DNA of 64,000 nucleotides, from NCBI RefSeq assembly GCF_009914755.1, contig NC_060929.1; one strand, written 5' to 3'. How positions within the stretch are numbered: position 1 is the stretch's first letter; every line of letters begins with the position of its first letter. Shown here in pieces: positions 1 through 14,485 of this stretch. The notes beneath the pieces were generated by a model. It was not told where the DNA came from and searched no databases. It saw only the letters and a list, made by a program, of their open reading frames with translations. The stretch comes from the human T2T-CHM13v2.0 reference genome, Homo sapiens. The position numbers and the translations under genes are program-made.

Positions 1-544
1 TAAAGGCTTTCAAAAAGACTCAGGTCATGCACATCATTTTAGCTGGGTTAGTAAGTGTGACCCATGCAGGTACGATTTGGGAAGGCAGAGCTTCTTTTAG
101 GAGAATCATCTTCCTTGCTAGGTAGTTCATCATAGAACCAATAGGTAAAAACAAGGAGCTATTATTTAAGGTCTTTGAAAGTCAGAGTACTTGGCACATG
201 GGTGATGTCAAATATATTTAGTAGAATAAAGTGCCCAGTGGAGGCAGAGGAGTTAGTCTCTCCTTGTGCTACTACTTTCCCTACAACAGTTAGCCCTTCT
301 GCCCTGCACGGCATTTGTGCTATTGTTTCCTTTTCCATTTGTTGTTATTATTAATTTTTTCAGGTGTTTCAGAAAAAAATTCATTATCCTCCAAAGTTGT
401 TCAGAGCAGGGTTGTCTTCTTAGGAAAAAGGAAATAAGCTACAGACAGGTCTCATTCTAAGCAAAACTAAGTTGACAAAGTTTGTCTTCAAAAGTCCTTG
501 TGTCTCCTATAGGTGTCTTGTTTCCTTTTTTGGAGGGTAGAAGG

Positions 545-953
<409 letters not shown>

Positions 954-1254
954 TAAAGGGAGAATGAATGTTGTCCCAAAAGTCTTGTAAGCTTCTACAC
1001 AAGTGAACTGCCAAATGCTAGCTCTAGTATCACTTGAGGCAAGCCCAGCATCTACAGTGAGATGTTCTAGAATGATTCATACCAACTGCCTGGTTTACAG
1101 GAAGTTGTTTTCCTTGATATCTCTATTCTTCCATTCCTACTCTCTATGTGTCCCTAAAAAAATGAGTTTCTATAACAACTCAAAACAAGCTATTCTTGAC
1201 TTTGTAAAAATCAAAAAGGCATTTGCCACTTAAAGATGGACTGATTTGGGTTAA

Positions 1255-1461
1255 AATGTTTCTATTGTCAGTATACATAAGAATCTCCTGGGCAAGTTAT
1301 TAAAAATGGAGATACGTAGGCCTCAAAGCAAGATGTTCTGATTCAGGAAGGGGGCTATGGTGGTGGTGGAATAAGGGCAGGAATCTTCATTTTTAAAAAG
1401 CATCTAAGCTCATTCTGGTATAGATGATCCACAGGCCACATTGGGAGAAACACTGCCTTGA
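1255..1461. mobile_element. MER5-type hAT-Charlie MITE
   Basis: gaatctcctggg...ttctgattcag...ggaatcttcattttt...gagaaacactg resembles the MER5 consensus. Confidence 0.6.
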
Positions 1462-2924
1462 GGAATGATGGGTAAAAAGGAAATTTTATAATAGGTATCA
1501 GGTGAAATAATTTGAGATGATAAAAATTTATATGATCTACTGGCAAACCCAGTATTATATTACTATTTAGTAATTTAGAAGAAAAGGCAATTTTTGGTTT
1601 TCAGAAAGAAAGTAAATAATTAAAAATTAATTTTCTAGGGTAATTTTGTGATCTTATAAGAAAATGTGATTATATTATTCCCAAAAACTATCTAAAGCAG
1701 ATTGTTGTCAAAGTTTTGAGGTAAATTATAATTCAACCAACTGATCAATGAAATCTGAAATATTTTGAAGTTCTGTTATTGAAATAGAAGAACAATATCT
1801 TAAGACAATAAAGAATTCAATTATTTAACAAAAAATAAGTTTTCTTCTATGAGGAGGTAGGTACACTTATCTTAATAAAATCAATAATGTTGTTTGACTT
1901 TATATGATTTCAAATTACTACAATGTGCAATTTTGAAAACAAAAGTTAAACGGGCTATTTTGGTGAGTTTGAACATGAAAATCCTAAACCACTGGGTAAC
2001 ACTCACAGACTACAAAAAGGTTAACTTTCTTGCCTTTTCAAGAAAATTTGCCAAGAATTCTCACATTGAATGGCTAGTTCATTTGAAGGAACAATTAATT
2101 TCATATTTGCAGAATATGCTATTGAATATGTTACTGCTATTGAAAACTGGACTTTAATATTCTTTGTTGAATCAAGATGCTGAAGTAACTTCCATCAGTT
2201 TGTTAGTGTTACTTAAAAAAAATCTCTTCAATAAATGTATACATTTCTTGATGATCCATCCTTTGCCCCCAAGTTCATTTTAATGTTGTAATAGAGATCA
2301 CTTGTTGGATACAGGTTTTAAAACTAGTATGCTCTCAAAAGCAAGAGATGATGCACAACCTGTTCTAACTTAGTTATACAATTTTACAGAAATTATATGT
2401 ATTTTATAATAAAATATTAATTCATTAATTATATGCCATGGACATCCTTCAGCATCAATATACATTCATTCTTTTCCCTAGATACAAAGTACTGTAAGTG
2501 AAAACAATTTTGACCCAGCTTTAGTTAACTTTAATTTTAGCTTATATGTTATTAGCGTTTATACTTTAATTTTGGAATCTAAGTTAAAATTCTCTTCAGA
2601 TTTTCTAAGTCCTATGGATAGGGAAGAGTACTCATTAGATCAAGTAAACACTGCTTTCTCCTTGACCTATTTCAAGAATTGAGAAGCCCAGATAAATAAT
2701 TAACTTCTTTAGGATGGTTGTCTTATTCTTACCATGTGCACACTCTTCATTGTTATCATAAATACACTGTCAATACCTGAGGATGATTGAATTTTTCACT
2801 CTTCTTTGCATTGTATAAACCTAAGCCTTAGGTGATTCTTTTAAGATAACCCATTATTTTTCTGATATTGATGCTTTGTAGCAGTTAAATGTCTTACCAA
2901 TGTTTTCCCCCTTAGATATGTGAT

Positions 2925-3670
2925 TAAAAGTTCCCAGTCAAGATGGTAGGCTGAGCTTCATGTGGCAGCAAGCTCTGCTCACCCTAAATCTCTAGAAAGG
3001 ATAGAAAAGATAACTGACTAAAAAAAAAAAAAAAATATATATATGATATATATGATATGATTGTGTGTGTGTATATATATACATATATACATATATATAC
3101 ATATATATACACACATATATATATACACACATATATATATATATACACACACACACATAATCACACTGGAAGTAAGAAAAAAAAGCAAACCCACAGTGTG
3201 TCAGAAACCATGAGGAATCCCTAAAAGATTTGAAGAGAGATCAGATCAACGAGGTAATAAAAGCCCAAAGAGAGCATGAGAGAGAGCTATAAAAGTTGGA
3301 GCCACTCCGTGAGGGTTCCGCACTCAGAGATGGAGAATATTGGGAGCAGGTAGGGGCCCATGGGTGACTACTTGAGGGTATGAAGCAGGGGCAGCCGGGC
3401 ACTTTTGACTTCTACACAACAGAAATACTGAGAACTACGAGTGAGCCCTTGAGTGGGCGAAGCTGAGCAGAGTCCCGCTGGCTGCCTTGTCCAGGAGGAA
3501 AGAGGAGCACCTGGATTGAAGACTGGCTGTCAAAGTGCCCCATGTCCGGGCACACTAACCCCACCCCTCTCTTCCCTCAAGCGGGCTGCACAAACAGAAA
3601 CGGTGGACAATTGAATTCAAGCTCCACTAAAACATGAACACAAAATCAAGAATTTTCAAACATTGAAAAG
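2925..3670 (+). mobile_element. Probable ancient L1M 5' region interrupted by a microsatellite
   Basis: Begins ttcccagtcaagatggtaggctgagc, like old L1 5' ends; purine-rich plus strand. Confidence 0.35.
3020..3158. repeat. Compound A/(TA)n/(TG)n/(CA)n microsatellite
   Basis: Direct reading. Confidence 0.95.
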
Positions 3671-3680
3671 GCAACACACA

Positions 3681-3976
<296 letters not shown>

Positions 3977-4279
3977 TCAACAAAGAGTAGAACTTATACC
4001 TAAGGAAACAGAGTAATACAGCAAGAGAGGCACAGGAAGAGACTGCATCTACAAGAGGATCAAGTTGATGTGATAATGAAAATCTTTATGTTATGTTTAA
4101 GCAAAACAAAATGTGATTTAACACCTGCAACAATTGGATGCTTTTTTTTTTTTTTTTTTTTTTTTTTTACTATTATTGATCCCTGAGGCAGCAGCTGATA
4201 GCTATCATCTATTATTCATCTATTTCCATTGGGTCTTTATTTGAGTTTTTTCTCCTTTTATCCTTTAAAAATATTAATT

Positions 4280-4520
4280 AAATTGCTGCCAATTATTGTC
4301 TTTCTTTATGATGTACTAGGAACTGTGCTACGTGTTTTTACTACATTTCCTTTTAATCCTAACAATAATTCTATGACATAGTAGACTTATTATCCCCATT
4401 AGCAGATGAGAAAACTGAGGCTAAAAGAGGCCGAGAACCCTCCTTGGGGTCCTACAGTAATTGGTACAGCTGGTACTGGAACCCAAGTCTTTCTAATAAC
4501 AAAGCAACTGCTCTTAACTC
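4280..4520 (-). mobile_element. MIR
   Basis: tattatccccatt...cagatgagaaaactgaggct core. Confidence 0.75.
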
Positions 4521-6043
4521 ATGATAAAAAAAATGATTGTGAAAACTCCTACATTCTTCAAAACAAAAAAGTGGTCCTGTCTTCATAATACACCTCACTT
4601 CTCACAGATCGTTAAGTGCTCATTGCGCTTTTTGCAGGTTCTCCTATCAACTTCAAAGCAAGCTTAAAAAAAGCTTTCAGCTTACAAAAATACTGTGACA
4701 CGCTTGAAAAAAATGTTTTTATCAGTGCCACATTCATCCTCTTCTTTTATCATTAGGCTCACAAACACAGGAGTCTGTCTACAGCATGAAAACTTGAGAG
4801 TGTTTTTCTTCAACTTGCTTATCTTTGAAGATCCAACGATAAAGCATTATAAAAGAAAGGCACCTTGATTTTAGGACAACTGCCTAGCTTGCTTTTGCAT
4901 TGGTCTAATTTCTTGTAAGTACCGTATAAGCCTATTTTGAAGACTAGGTACTTAACATACTAAAACATCACTGAAGAACAAGATGAACATTGTTACTAAA
5001 TGATGAGACATCTAGATAGTGGGGTAACTAGGCCAGTACAGTTGCACTTGGGCAATAATCAGTTTGGGAGCATAAAAAGATGCAGTGTTTTTAGCTCCTC
5101 TCATCTCTGAGACTTCCTGGTCAGTTTGGGCAGGTGGGAAGGGGTATCACCAAGCATGGAGAGCTCCTAAAGGAACAAGTGTGGTCATCTTGGGCAGGAC
5201 TGTGGGCTCCATCGCCATTATGGCCTTTATCAACATAGAGGCAGCTCTTAGACTGACACCCAGTTATTCAGATTTTCAAAGTCTATTTGTTGTAGTGCTT
5301 CCATTTTTTTTCTTTGCCTTGCATACCACCAGTAGTGCTAAGTTTTTTTTTTATATTTAATGAATAGTAATTATATGTGCCACCTGAAAGCACTGTGTGG
5401 AACAAACCTCAAGCCAATGCAGGGCAGAAGGGGGAACAAAGACATGAAAATGAAAGGGAATAGAAAACAGGAAAAAGAAAGAAAGGAAAGAGGGAGAGGG
5501 TGGCAAGAGTCGTTGATTACAGGTGTTCTGTGGGTAGAACACGTCACCACTCTTCCAGGCTGACGGTCAGTTGGTGTGCACTATCTACCAATTATTGAAG
5601 TAGTGAAGTTGCTGCAGCCCTCCAAAGGCCCCGATATCCCTCAGGAACCCTTGGACCTCTTTGTGATCCAGTAACTAAAGGGTTATTATCTGCCATAGCA
5701 AAGAACTTGTTCAGCTACTCCAAGTGGTCAGAGCTATGCCATGGAATATGTTAGATATTTGAGTAACACCTTTGCTCTTTCCCTCACTAAGCAAATTTTC
5801 AAGAACAACCACAGACCTACTTGTTTGCTTAAATGGATTATTCATTCATTTGCATGTTTTGATGTAATCACTAACTGCTAGTATCTTGGTTCAGTGTTAC
5901 AGTATTTCTTTTAAGAAAAATATCTATGGCTTAGAAACCCTTCATCTCCCCACCAACCCTTGCACACCTAACCCCAACGTACCACCCCACAGCCCCTGTA
6001 GCCCCACTGCCCCCACTCTAATCCTTCTCATCAACTACAGCAC

Positions 6044-6336
<293 letters not shown>

Positions 6337-6344
6337 GACTACAG

Positions 6345-6490
6345 TACTTTTTAATGTGATCCAGGAACACCTTGCATTAGAATCATCTGGTGAAACTTGA
6401 TAGCTATTCCAATTCCTGAGTTCCATCCCAGACCTCTTGAACTAAAAACTTTGGGGACATTCTTATGCAACTAGAAGTTTAAGAACCTTT
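6345..6490. mobile_element. MER5A-like remnant
   Basis: gcattagaatcatctggtgaaactt...aagtttaagaacc. Confidence 0.55.
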
Positions 6491-8271
6491 GAAAGATGAA
6501 GGCACAATTTTGGTGTTTTTTCTTTTGCTTCTTCTGAATATATGACACATTCACTGTTAGAACCACTATCTGTCCTGGTCATCTTTCTCCTCAGAGATCC
6601 ATTTAGAGCTCACAATGATCAGGAAGACAAGTAAGAGATGCTGGTTGTCTGGGGTATCCTTGTAATATTTTAACTCAGGAAAGAACCTGAAAGCTTTCAA
6701 ATCCTAGGTCTGGCAGAAGAACGCCTTTTATGGAATTCCTTTTTTTTTTTTTTTTTTAGGATCTCTGTTTATTAGGCATTGAAAATAAACAAAAAAGATG
6801 AAACAGCCTGACTGTCACATCAATTTGGGACAACTCAGTTTCCGTACTTGCATTGGAATTGACCAAATTGTCCTGAATATATTCTATTCATCAACAGTTC
6901 ATTTCTAGTAATACAATGACTATCAATAGCAACAGAAAATAAACCCACTTCCTCCCCTGGCCATCTCTTCCCACTGACTTCTTCTGGGAGGAGGCCTTTG
7001 AATAAGAAACTTCTGCTAATATTCAGAGGAAGACCACAGCTGTGTTGAAGGGTTCAGCTTGGAGATAGCTGAACTATTCTGAGTAATAAAATGGAAAGAG
7101 TGGTTCTGGCTTTTATTTTTTTGCCTTTGGGAAGGATGGGTCAAAGAAATGAGGAAAAGAAAAAAGGGTGAGCTACAGGGAGAAGGCAGGAGCCTGAGTT
7201 ACAAAATACCTGCTGTTTTTGAAGGACGGAGACTGCCAATATTTTACTTTTCCAGCTCAAGGTGCAATGTAAACCCCTCTGGCTCCTCAAACCTTCGGTG
7301 AAGCCTGTCCTGCACACACATGCCTTTGATAAGTGGTCTGCAGTGAAAACTAAGGGAAACTGCGGAGTCTTTGTTTAGGTTATTGCAGTATAGCACAGGG
7401 TCAGGGGGGCAATCCCCAAACCCATCCAAGTTAGAAGAAGCAGGAGCCGGAAGCTAGAAGTGACCTTGAGAAATTGAGCCAGTTGCTCCTTCATAGATCT
7501 GCAGAGAGCATCAGATTTTTTGAATAACACACAGGATGATGTTTGGAACTAACTTTGTCCTGATTTTAAGGAGCACGGTAACATAGCTTTTATATTTCCT
7601 ACATTGGCTTTTCTACTTTAAAATAATGTTGATGCTTGTAATTCTCTGTGCTTTCTCAGTAGTTCAGAATTCAGCAATCTCTTCAAATGGATTGCTCCAT
7701 AAAGCCCAGTATTTTCTGTGGGTTTCACTGACCGAAAAGAAGGGAGATTTGCAATGATGGTTGAAGGAATAAAAAAGAATTAAGATTTTTGAGAAAGAAC
7801 ACAGTTTAGAAGATGAGAAAGAAGAAGAAAGTGGGAAAATGGGAGGGAGAAAGTTGGTTGGGGGCAGGTGATGGAATGTTCCTTGCTAGGTTTTGTAGCA
7901 CAGGCTGCTCCACCCAATCCTGAGGAGCTATGGACAATCTTAGGGTTAGTGGGGAGAGCAGGGCCCCCAGCTGGTAGGTACAGACCTAGTGGGAGAACTG
8001 GACACTGTACCTGGTTGCATGCCACTCAGCCCGAGAACAACTAATTTCTCCCCATGAGGACTAAGAACTCCCAGATTCAGAGAAATCAAAGGCAGCCCCT
8101 TGCTACAAAGAAATGAAACTTGCTGCTTGTTAAATGGCTTGTATCAGGTCTAGAAAATTCTCTTTAACTCAAAGAAACAGCGATTACTGAAATGCATTCT
8201 AAAGGCTTGCCTTATTCTCCTTCCACATAAAACTGCTTTTTGAAAAATGACTGAGGAGCAAACCATGCTTA

Positions 8272-8273
<2 letters not shown>

Positions 8274-8310
<37 letters not shown>
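8274..8310. repeat. (TG)n microsatellite
   Basis: About 18 TG units. Confidence 0.97.
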
Positions 8311-8313
<3 letters not shown>

Positions 8314-10999
8314 AGATGTTGGCTTTGTTACACACATACATCTCACATCTGGTTTCTAGATGAACCAGAAGTGAGAGGCTGGAGAGGTGGGAGAAACAGA
8401 AGTCCTGGAGAAGCTGCAATCTAGATCCTCAATGACTGAGAGCACATGAGGCAACCTCAACTTTTTAAAGGTGACAATTTCGAAGAGAAATAGGAAGTAC
8501 TGCAGGATTGTAAAACAAACACTAAGGGAGATTCTTTTTCCACAAATACAGGTTTCTTTCTCCTCCCAATAATTGTCGATTACCTTCTATTCCAGAATAA
8601 GAAAAACAAATACTCAAACATGGTATGGATGTCTGTCTGAGAGATTTATCTGCTTTGCCATTTTTTGGGGACAGATTTTTAATTGCCTGGTTGTAACTAA
8701 TCATATTGCCACACAGGTTGCTTTTGAAAACCAGGGGAGCTGTTTTATTCTTCTGATAATTATAAGAAAAACAAGAAAAGAGAAGAGAAGCGTGTCCCTC
8801 TTTACCTCCATAGACCTACTGCCACCCCTGGAAACACACAGGCTCTGTTGCCAGGACCAAGGCTGAAAAAGCCGTTGTGGTGTGCAGTCGTGCAGCTGCA
8901 GAGAGATGTGGACTGTTATAATAAATACAAACAGCTGATTCTACAATGCAGGTTCTTACTTTGGGGAGAAGGAAACCTCATATGGTTTTTGGTTTCGATT
9001 TTTTTCTATAACCAGATGTCTCATCTTCGGTTACTTTTTCCTGATAATATCTATTGCTATTGAGTGTTCTAGATGTTTTTTTCTACCTTTGATATGCCAG
9101 ACAGAATGAAGTATAATCTTTCTCCCTTGGTGGCAATTTAAACAAAGAGACATATTTCTTATCTATTTACTAGTGGTTAATATAGCAGTTAAATGTCTCC
9201 AACTTTTTAACTCTTTTTCTGTCCCTTATTCCTCAGATGCTGGAAAAACAAATAATCTATTGTTCTAGATGATTCCCTGGACTTTAAAGCCACGCCATAA
9301 ATATCATTATTGTGCCTTGTCTGAAAGGACAGAAAATTTCCAGTATTTTTGTAAAAATAGATAGATGGATTTTTGCTCATGAGGCATAATTTTGTTCTTC
9401 CAATAGCTGGAATTACTCTTTTGTTAAAGAAGTCAATTTCATTTTGTTTTCAAAACAAAAAGCATGCACAAAGACATTCTTCTGGCATAGAAATCCATCA
9501 TATCAGAAATAGTTTTAATCAAGGCAAAGAAGAAGCCTTTAATGGCAAAAGCGTATTTATCATCTAATCATTTATAAAAGGGTTTTATTTGACTTGGCTT
9601 GGAAATTGTTTTAGCAGATTGTATGAAACAAGGCACCTCCTGCAGACTGAATCATAACACATACATTTGTCCAATATTCTTAGCTAGTTTTAAACATTTG
9701 ATGTGTGTATGCACAATCGAAAGGAAGTCAGAAAGAGCCTTTATTTTTAATTATTATACTCATATGTATTTGTATTTCATTAAAATTTCTTTTCGCTCTC
9801 CTTTTTTGAAGTAAATTATAATTTCATTTTAATGCTTTTAATATTTTAGAGGTTATATAATTTTGATCAAATTAGGTAAATCATCTCACAATGCATCTCA
9901 TACTTTATTTGAGGGTAATGTATTTCAAATTTTATTTATTTCAGCAACTGTAAAAACATTTATTTATATTACAAGTGGTCATATCTTCTTGTAGGCTACT
10001 AAAGTTGATACAATGCCAGTTGAATGGGCAATATTTTCTTATTTTTTGAGATGCTTAAACATATATCAGTTTTATCCTCTTGATTGCAGGAAGAGTTCTT
10101 ATAACAAGGGCAAATCATGGCATATTGCCCTAAGCTATGCTATTTGGAAACTTCCTTTCACATAACTAAGAAAAGCGACAGTTCCTCTTAAAGCAGGGTG
10201 AGGATAACTATATTAAGGGAACTCTTCCCTGTAAACTAAATGATAAGTATGGACTATTGTTGAGCTAAAGTTAATATTAAAAGAATAGCTGGTGCCTGAG
10301 CAGAAAGAATCTTGAAGGTCAAATTGAGTGTGCAGCAGGGAACCAGGACCCTAAATGTGCCAAGGGAACTTTTCAATGGCAAAGTCTCTGAAGTTGAGGA
10401 ATCTACCTTTCTCATAGGCCAGCTCCAGGGGCCTTCCCCTTGTCGTGGCTCACTCTCCCATCCAGTGTTCTGTTCATCTCCTCCTCTAAGTGGATTGGCT
10501 GATTAAAGGCTTACACAATGATGGCCCTCAAGGCATTTGCAGGTTAGGAGAGGGCAGACTCTATCACAGTCCAGGCATCCAGACCTGGAACTTCCCCATA
10601 CCCCACTGGGATCATGTCCACAAGACTCCTCAGAGTAGGAGACTTGGGGAGGGGTTAGAGGACACCTGAGTGTCCTTGACCAGTGAGCATGGTCCAGAGA
10701 GCATGGAACAAGGCTTGGGGTGGGCACTCAATGCATGTTATTAATAGTTCTGCCATCTTGCTGTCTGCCTTGTGAGGGAGCAAATCGATGATCTTTTTGG
10801 AAATGTTGATCCTTAGACTATAATTTAAGTATTTAGTTGGTATTTAAAAATGAGGATGGGAAATTTCAGAGTGTCCCTCCTCCAATTCCCAAGTTAAAAA
10901 TACTAAAAAAGAAAATAAGTCAAGGCAAACATTATCTAAAACTCACTAGCGGTCACCTCACAAGAAAGGGAAGATAACATCATGCATAAACTTCAAAAA

Positions 11000-11710
11000 G
11001 TCATGGCTAAGGGAAGAAATAGAAGGTTCTGGTGCCACCGGAGGAAAGCTAACCTTCCCACCTGTTCTCTACATCCAGAAGCAATACTGGGGGAAGACAG
11101 TGGTTCTAGACAAGCCTGTGAATTCTCTCTAATACACTCCAGGTTGGAGAAGCAAACTGTAAGGTGAGTGAGCAGCCTGGGAAGGCCAAGGAAAATCCTT
11201 CAGCATAAAAGTCCTAAATACCACAACAGGATCACACGAGAGGCAGAAGGGGGATGAGCTGCCAGGGCTGGCCCTGCCCTGGTACAGGGCACTGAATGAG
11301 ATCTCAGAAAATGGAACGGAATCTGGGTCCCCAGTAAGGACTACCCTGGAGACGAGCACAGCTAACATTTATGCCACAGAAGAGTGGATTCAAAGTCACA
11401 CTCAGAACTCAAATCGCAATTCTGAGGGGAAGGCAAATTTATCACACTGGATTAGAACTTGCAGATGCACTTGTCATCCATCAGCCAGATCAAAAGAACT
11501 AGTGTGACCCCTATTCATATAGCACAGTAAATTCCTGAGAGCCTGAGAGAATACTGATAAAATGATTGACACAGACATATCCTGGCTAAGATTCTTGACC
11601 TTAAGGACAAAGATTTCTTTGGAAATCCAGGCAGAAAAGCAAATCATTTTCAAAGAGGGAAATTTAGGTTGTCTGCATACTTCTCCACAGTAAATTTAAA
11701 TGCCAGAATC
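11000..11710 (+). mobile_element. Ancient L1M/HAL1 ORF1 remnant
   Basis: 11570-11710 reads like a degenerate ORF1p C-terminus (RHIL.K...KDK...SRQK.Q...K...RL...FST...NAR). Confidence 0.5.
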
Positions 11711-11753
11711 TTGAAATAAAGACCATGTAGACTGCTTATAAAAATGAAACATT

Positions 11754-12050
11754 AGCTGGGTGCAGTGGCTCATGTCTGTAATCTCAGCACTTTGGGAAGC
11801 TGAGGCAGGAGGATTGTTTGAGGCCAGGAGTTTTAGACCATCTTGGACAACAAAGCAAGACTCTGTCTCTACAAAAAATTTAAAAAATACTAAAGCTGGA
11901 CGTGGTAATATGTGCCTGTAGTCCCAGCTATTCGGGAGGCTGAAGTGGAGGGATTTGTGCCCAGGAGTTCAAGGCTGCAGTGAGCTGTGATTGTGCCACT
12001 GCAGTCCAGCCTGAGTGACAAAGCAAGACCCTGTCTCAAAAAATAAAAAA
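11754..12050 (+). mobile_element. AluJ followed by (GGAA)n at about 12064-12102
   Basis: Dimeric Alu with AluJ-type ggagttcaaggctgcagtgagc. Confidence 0.92.
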
Positions 12051-13707
12051 GAAAGACAGAAAAAGGAAGGAAGGAAGGAAAGAAGGAAGGAAGGAAGGGA
12101 GGATATCTTGCATTAAAAAAGACCAACGGATGCTGCTGGGATAGGAAACAAGAGGGAACAGTTTGTTTGCTGGCTTATCTTAGAAGAGCAGAAGAAAGAA
12201 GTTTCAAAGAGGGAAGATTAATAGGGGTAGTTCGTAAAATTTGACCAGGGACAGTGTGGTTAAGGGAAGAGAGTCTTTCTGAGGCATTTCGATTATGGGG
12301 TTAAACCCAGGTAAGCTGCCTGATTAATAGTAAGTGTGTTCCTCAGACATGTCAACATGCACCAGAAGGAAGAAGCCCTGGAGGTCTTCTGGACAACTGC
12401 TTTTTCAGGGATTAAGGAGGGTGGGTGGAATAAATTGGGCTCGGGCTGGAGTAAAAAGAAGAGTGACACCAGCCACAAAGTGTGCACCAGGTCCTGGGAG
12501 AACGAGCGTGCAGGGTGTGCTGAGGGCCTGGCTGTTACCCGAAGCTGAACCACGCCGTTGAGCAACTCCAAATTCCAGTCTGTGTATGAGAGAGCTTTGC
12601 CTCCAGTGATTCAGTGTCCTGTAATAGTCCAGTCTGTGAGCCGTTTCAGTCAAAGCATCCCGGGATCTCTTCTTTTTGTATCATGTTCTTACGTTCCCAG
12701 TGCACAGTGACATATTAATACTTGGAGAAATCTTGCTTTAAAGAATAGCACTTACCGCTACGTTTCTAAAATGTGAACATAGAATCCTTTTTCCCTGTGG
12801 TGGCTAGGAGCAACAATTTGGAAAATACTGCCACATGCTGATATAAAACAGTTTTCAATATGTAAATATCTAATAAGGTCATGTTAAGAGAGTACACATA
12901 AAAGGAGAATGGGGGGAAAAAGAAAGGTGATAGCTTTGGGGCCTGTGAAGGAAAATCTTACCCACTCCTGGAAACAAGTTACTTGCTGGTGAAAATAGCC
13001 CAGGCACCTTTTGGTTTCAAGTTGTTGTAGGCTGGATTAGTTAAATGATACATACACAGATGAGGAGGGGGCCATCAGTCTTTTGTTAATGCCCTCTGGG
13101 GCCCTCGCCTTACACCTGTTGCTGTCAAGGTGCTTAACTGATCATTCCTATAGCTAACATATGGAAAAAATCAGTCTTGGTCTCTCAGCAGTATTAAGAA
13201 CAAGACTAGAAAAAAGGGTCAAACTGAATATTTCCCAGCAGGTTTTTACTAAATCATACATGCAAACCAATAGTCAGGCCAGGGATTCTTATGAACCCAA
13301 ACTTTGGTGAGGCATTGTGTTGACACATGGGAAGAAGCCCTTTCAGAACTGGCTCAGGACCCAAAAGGAAGCAAAGGAAAGGTTAGTTCAGAGAATATTT
13401 TGATATTTTGGGTTTTTTTAAAAAAAACGTTTAGTCTTTTGTAACCTTAAATTGTTCTTAGGAAAAAAAATTTTAGCTTCATGATCAGAAAAGCAACATG
13501 TTAGAGTCAAGCTTACAGTTTACAAGGAAGGGAGCTCAATAGATCTGCAAGATAGACCCTCTCTTATAACATTTATTTTGTGTCCAAGCTCCATTCAGTT
13601 GAGTACAAGTCTACTGGCAGGGGTTATCTATTGTGTTAAAACAATTGCTAAGCTATAGAGTATTAAAATCTAATACTGAACAAAATCTAGGAGTAAATAA
13701 ATTCTAG

Positions 13708-14010
<303 letters not shown>

Positions 14011-14299
14011 TGGTTAAATAGAATTCTGTGAAAGAATAAACTTGAGAAGCTAACAAAAATTTATATTACTTTTGTACTCCAAATGAGAGAATGGCAAGCA
14101 GACTGGCTTCTGTCTTCATGGAGCTTATAGTGGTATTTACAAAACAGACAACAAACAAAAGGCATGTTTCAACCAAAGGCCACAGAAAGGGAGAGGAATG
14201 AGGATTTTGGGAGTTTCATTTATGCTTGATTCATTGTCTTGTGATATTCTGTGTTTGAAGAGAGGCAGCCCAGCACGAGGAAGTGGAATGCGGGTGGGA

Positions 14300-14485
14300 A
14301 CACAGTCTGCGGAATCAGAAAGACATGAGATTGACCCCAGCCTTGTTTAGTCATGTTATGCCTTTGGGCAAGTTACCTAACCTCTCTGAGCTTTAGTTTA
14401 CTCATAGAATTCCTATTCATGGCTTGAGAGGAATAAACGGCATAATGTGTATGTGGTATATAGCAAGTCCTCAATAAATGATGAA
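14300..14485 (+). mobile_element. MIR
   Basis: ttgggcaagttacctaacctctctgagc core. Confidence 0.7.

Noticed and set aside
12064-12102. (GGAA)n tract as an ETS-fusion response element
   Set aside because: Short, interrupted Alu-tail microsatellite with nothing locus-specific to support function.
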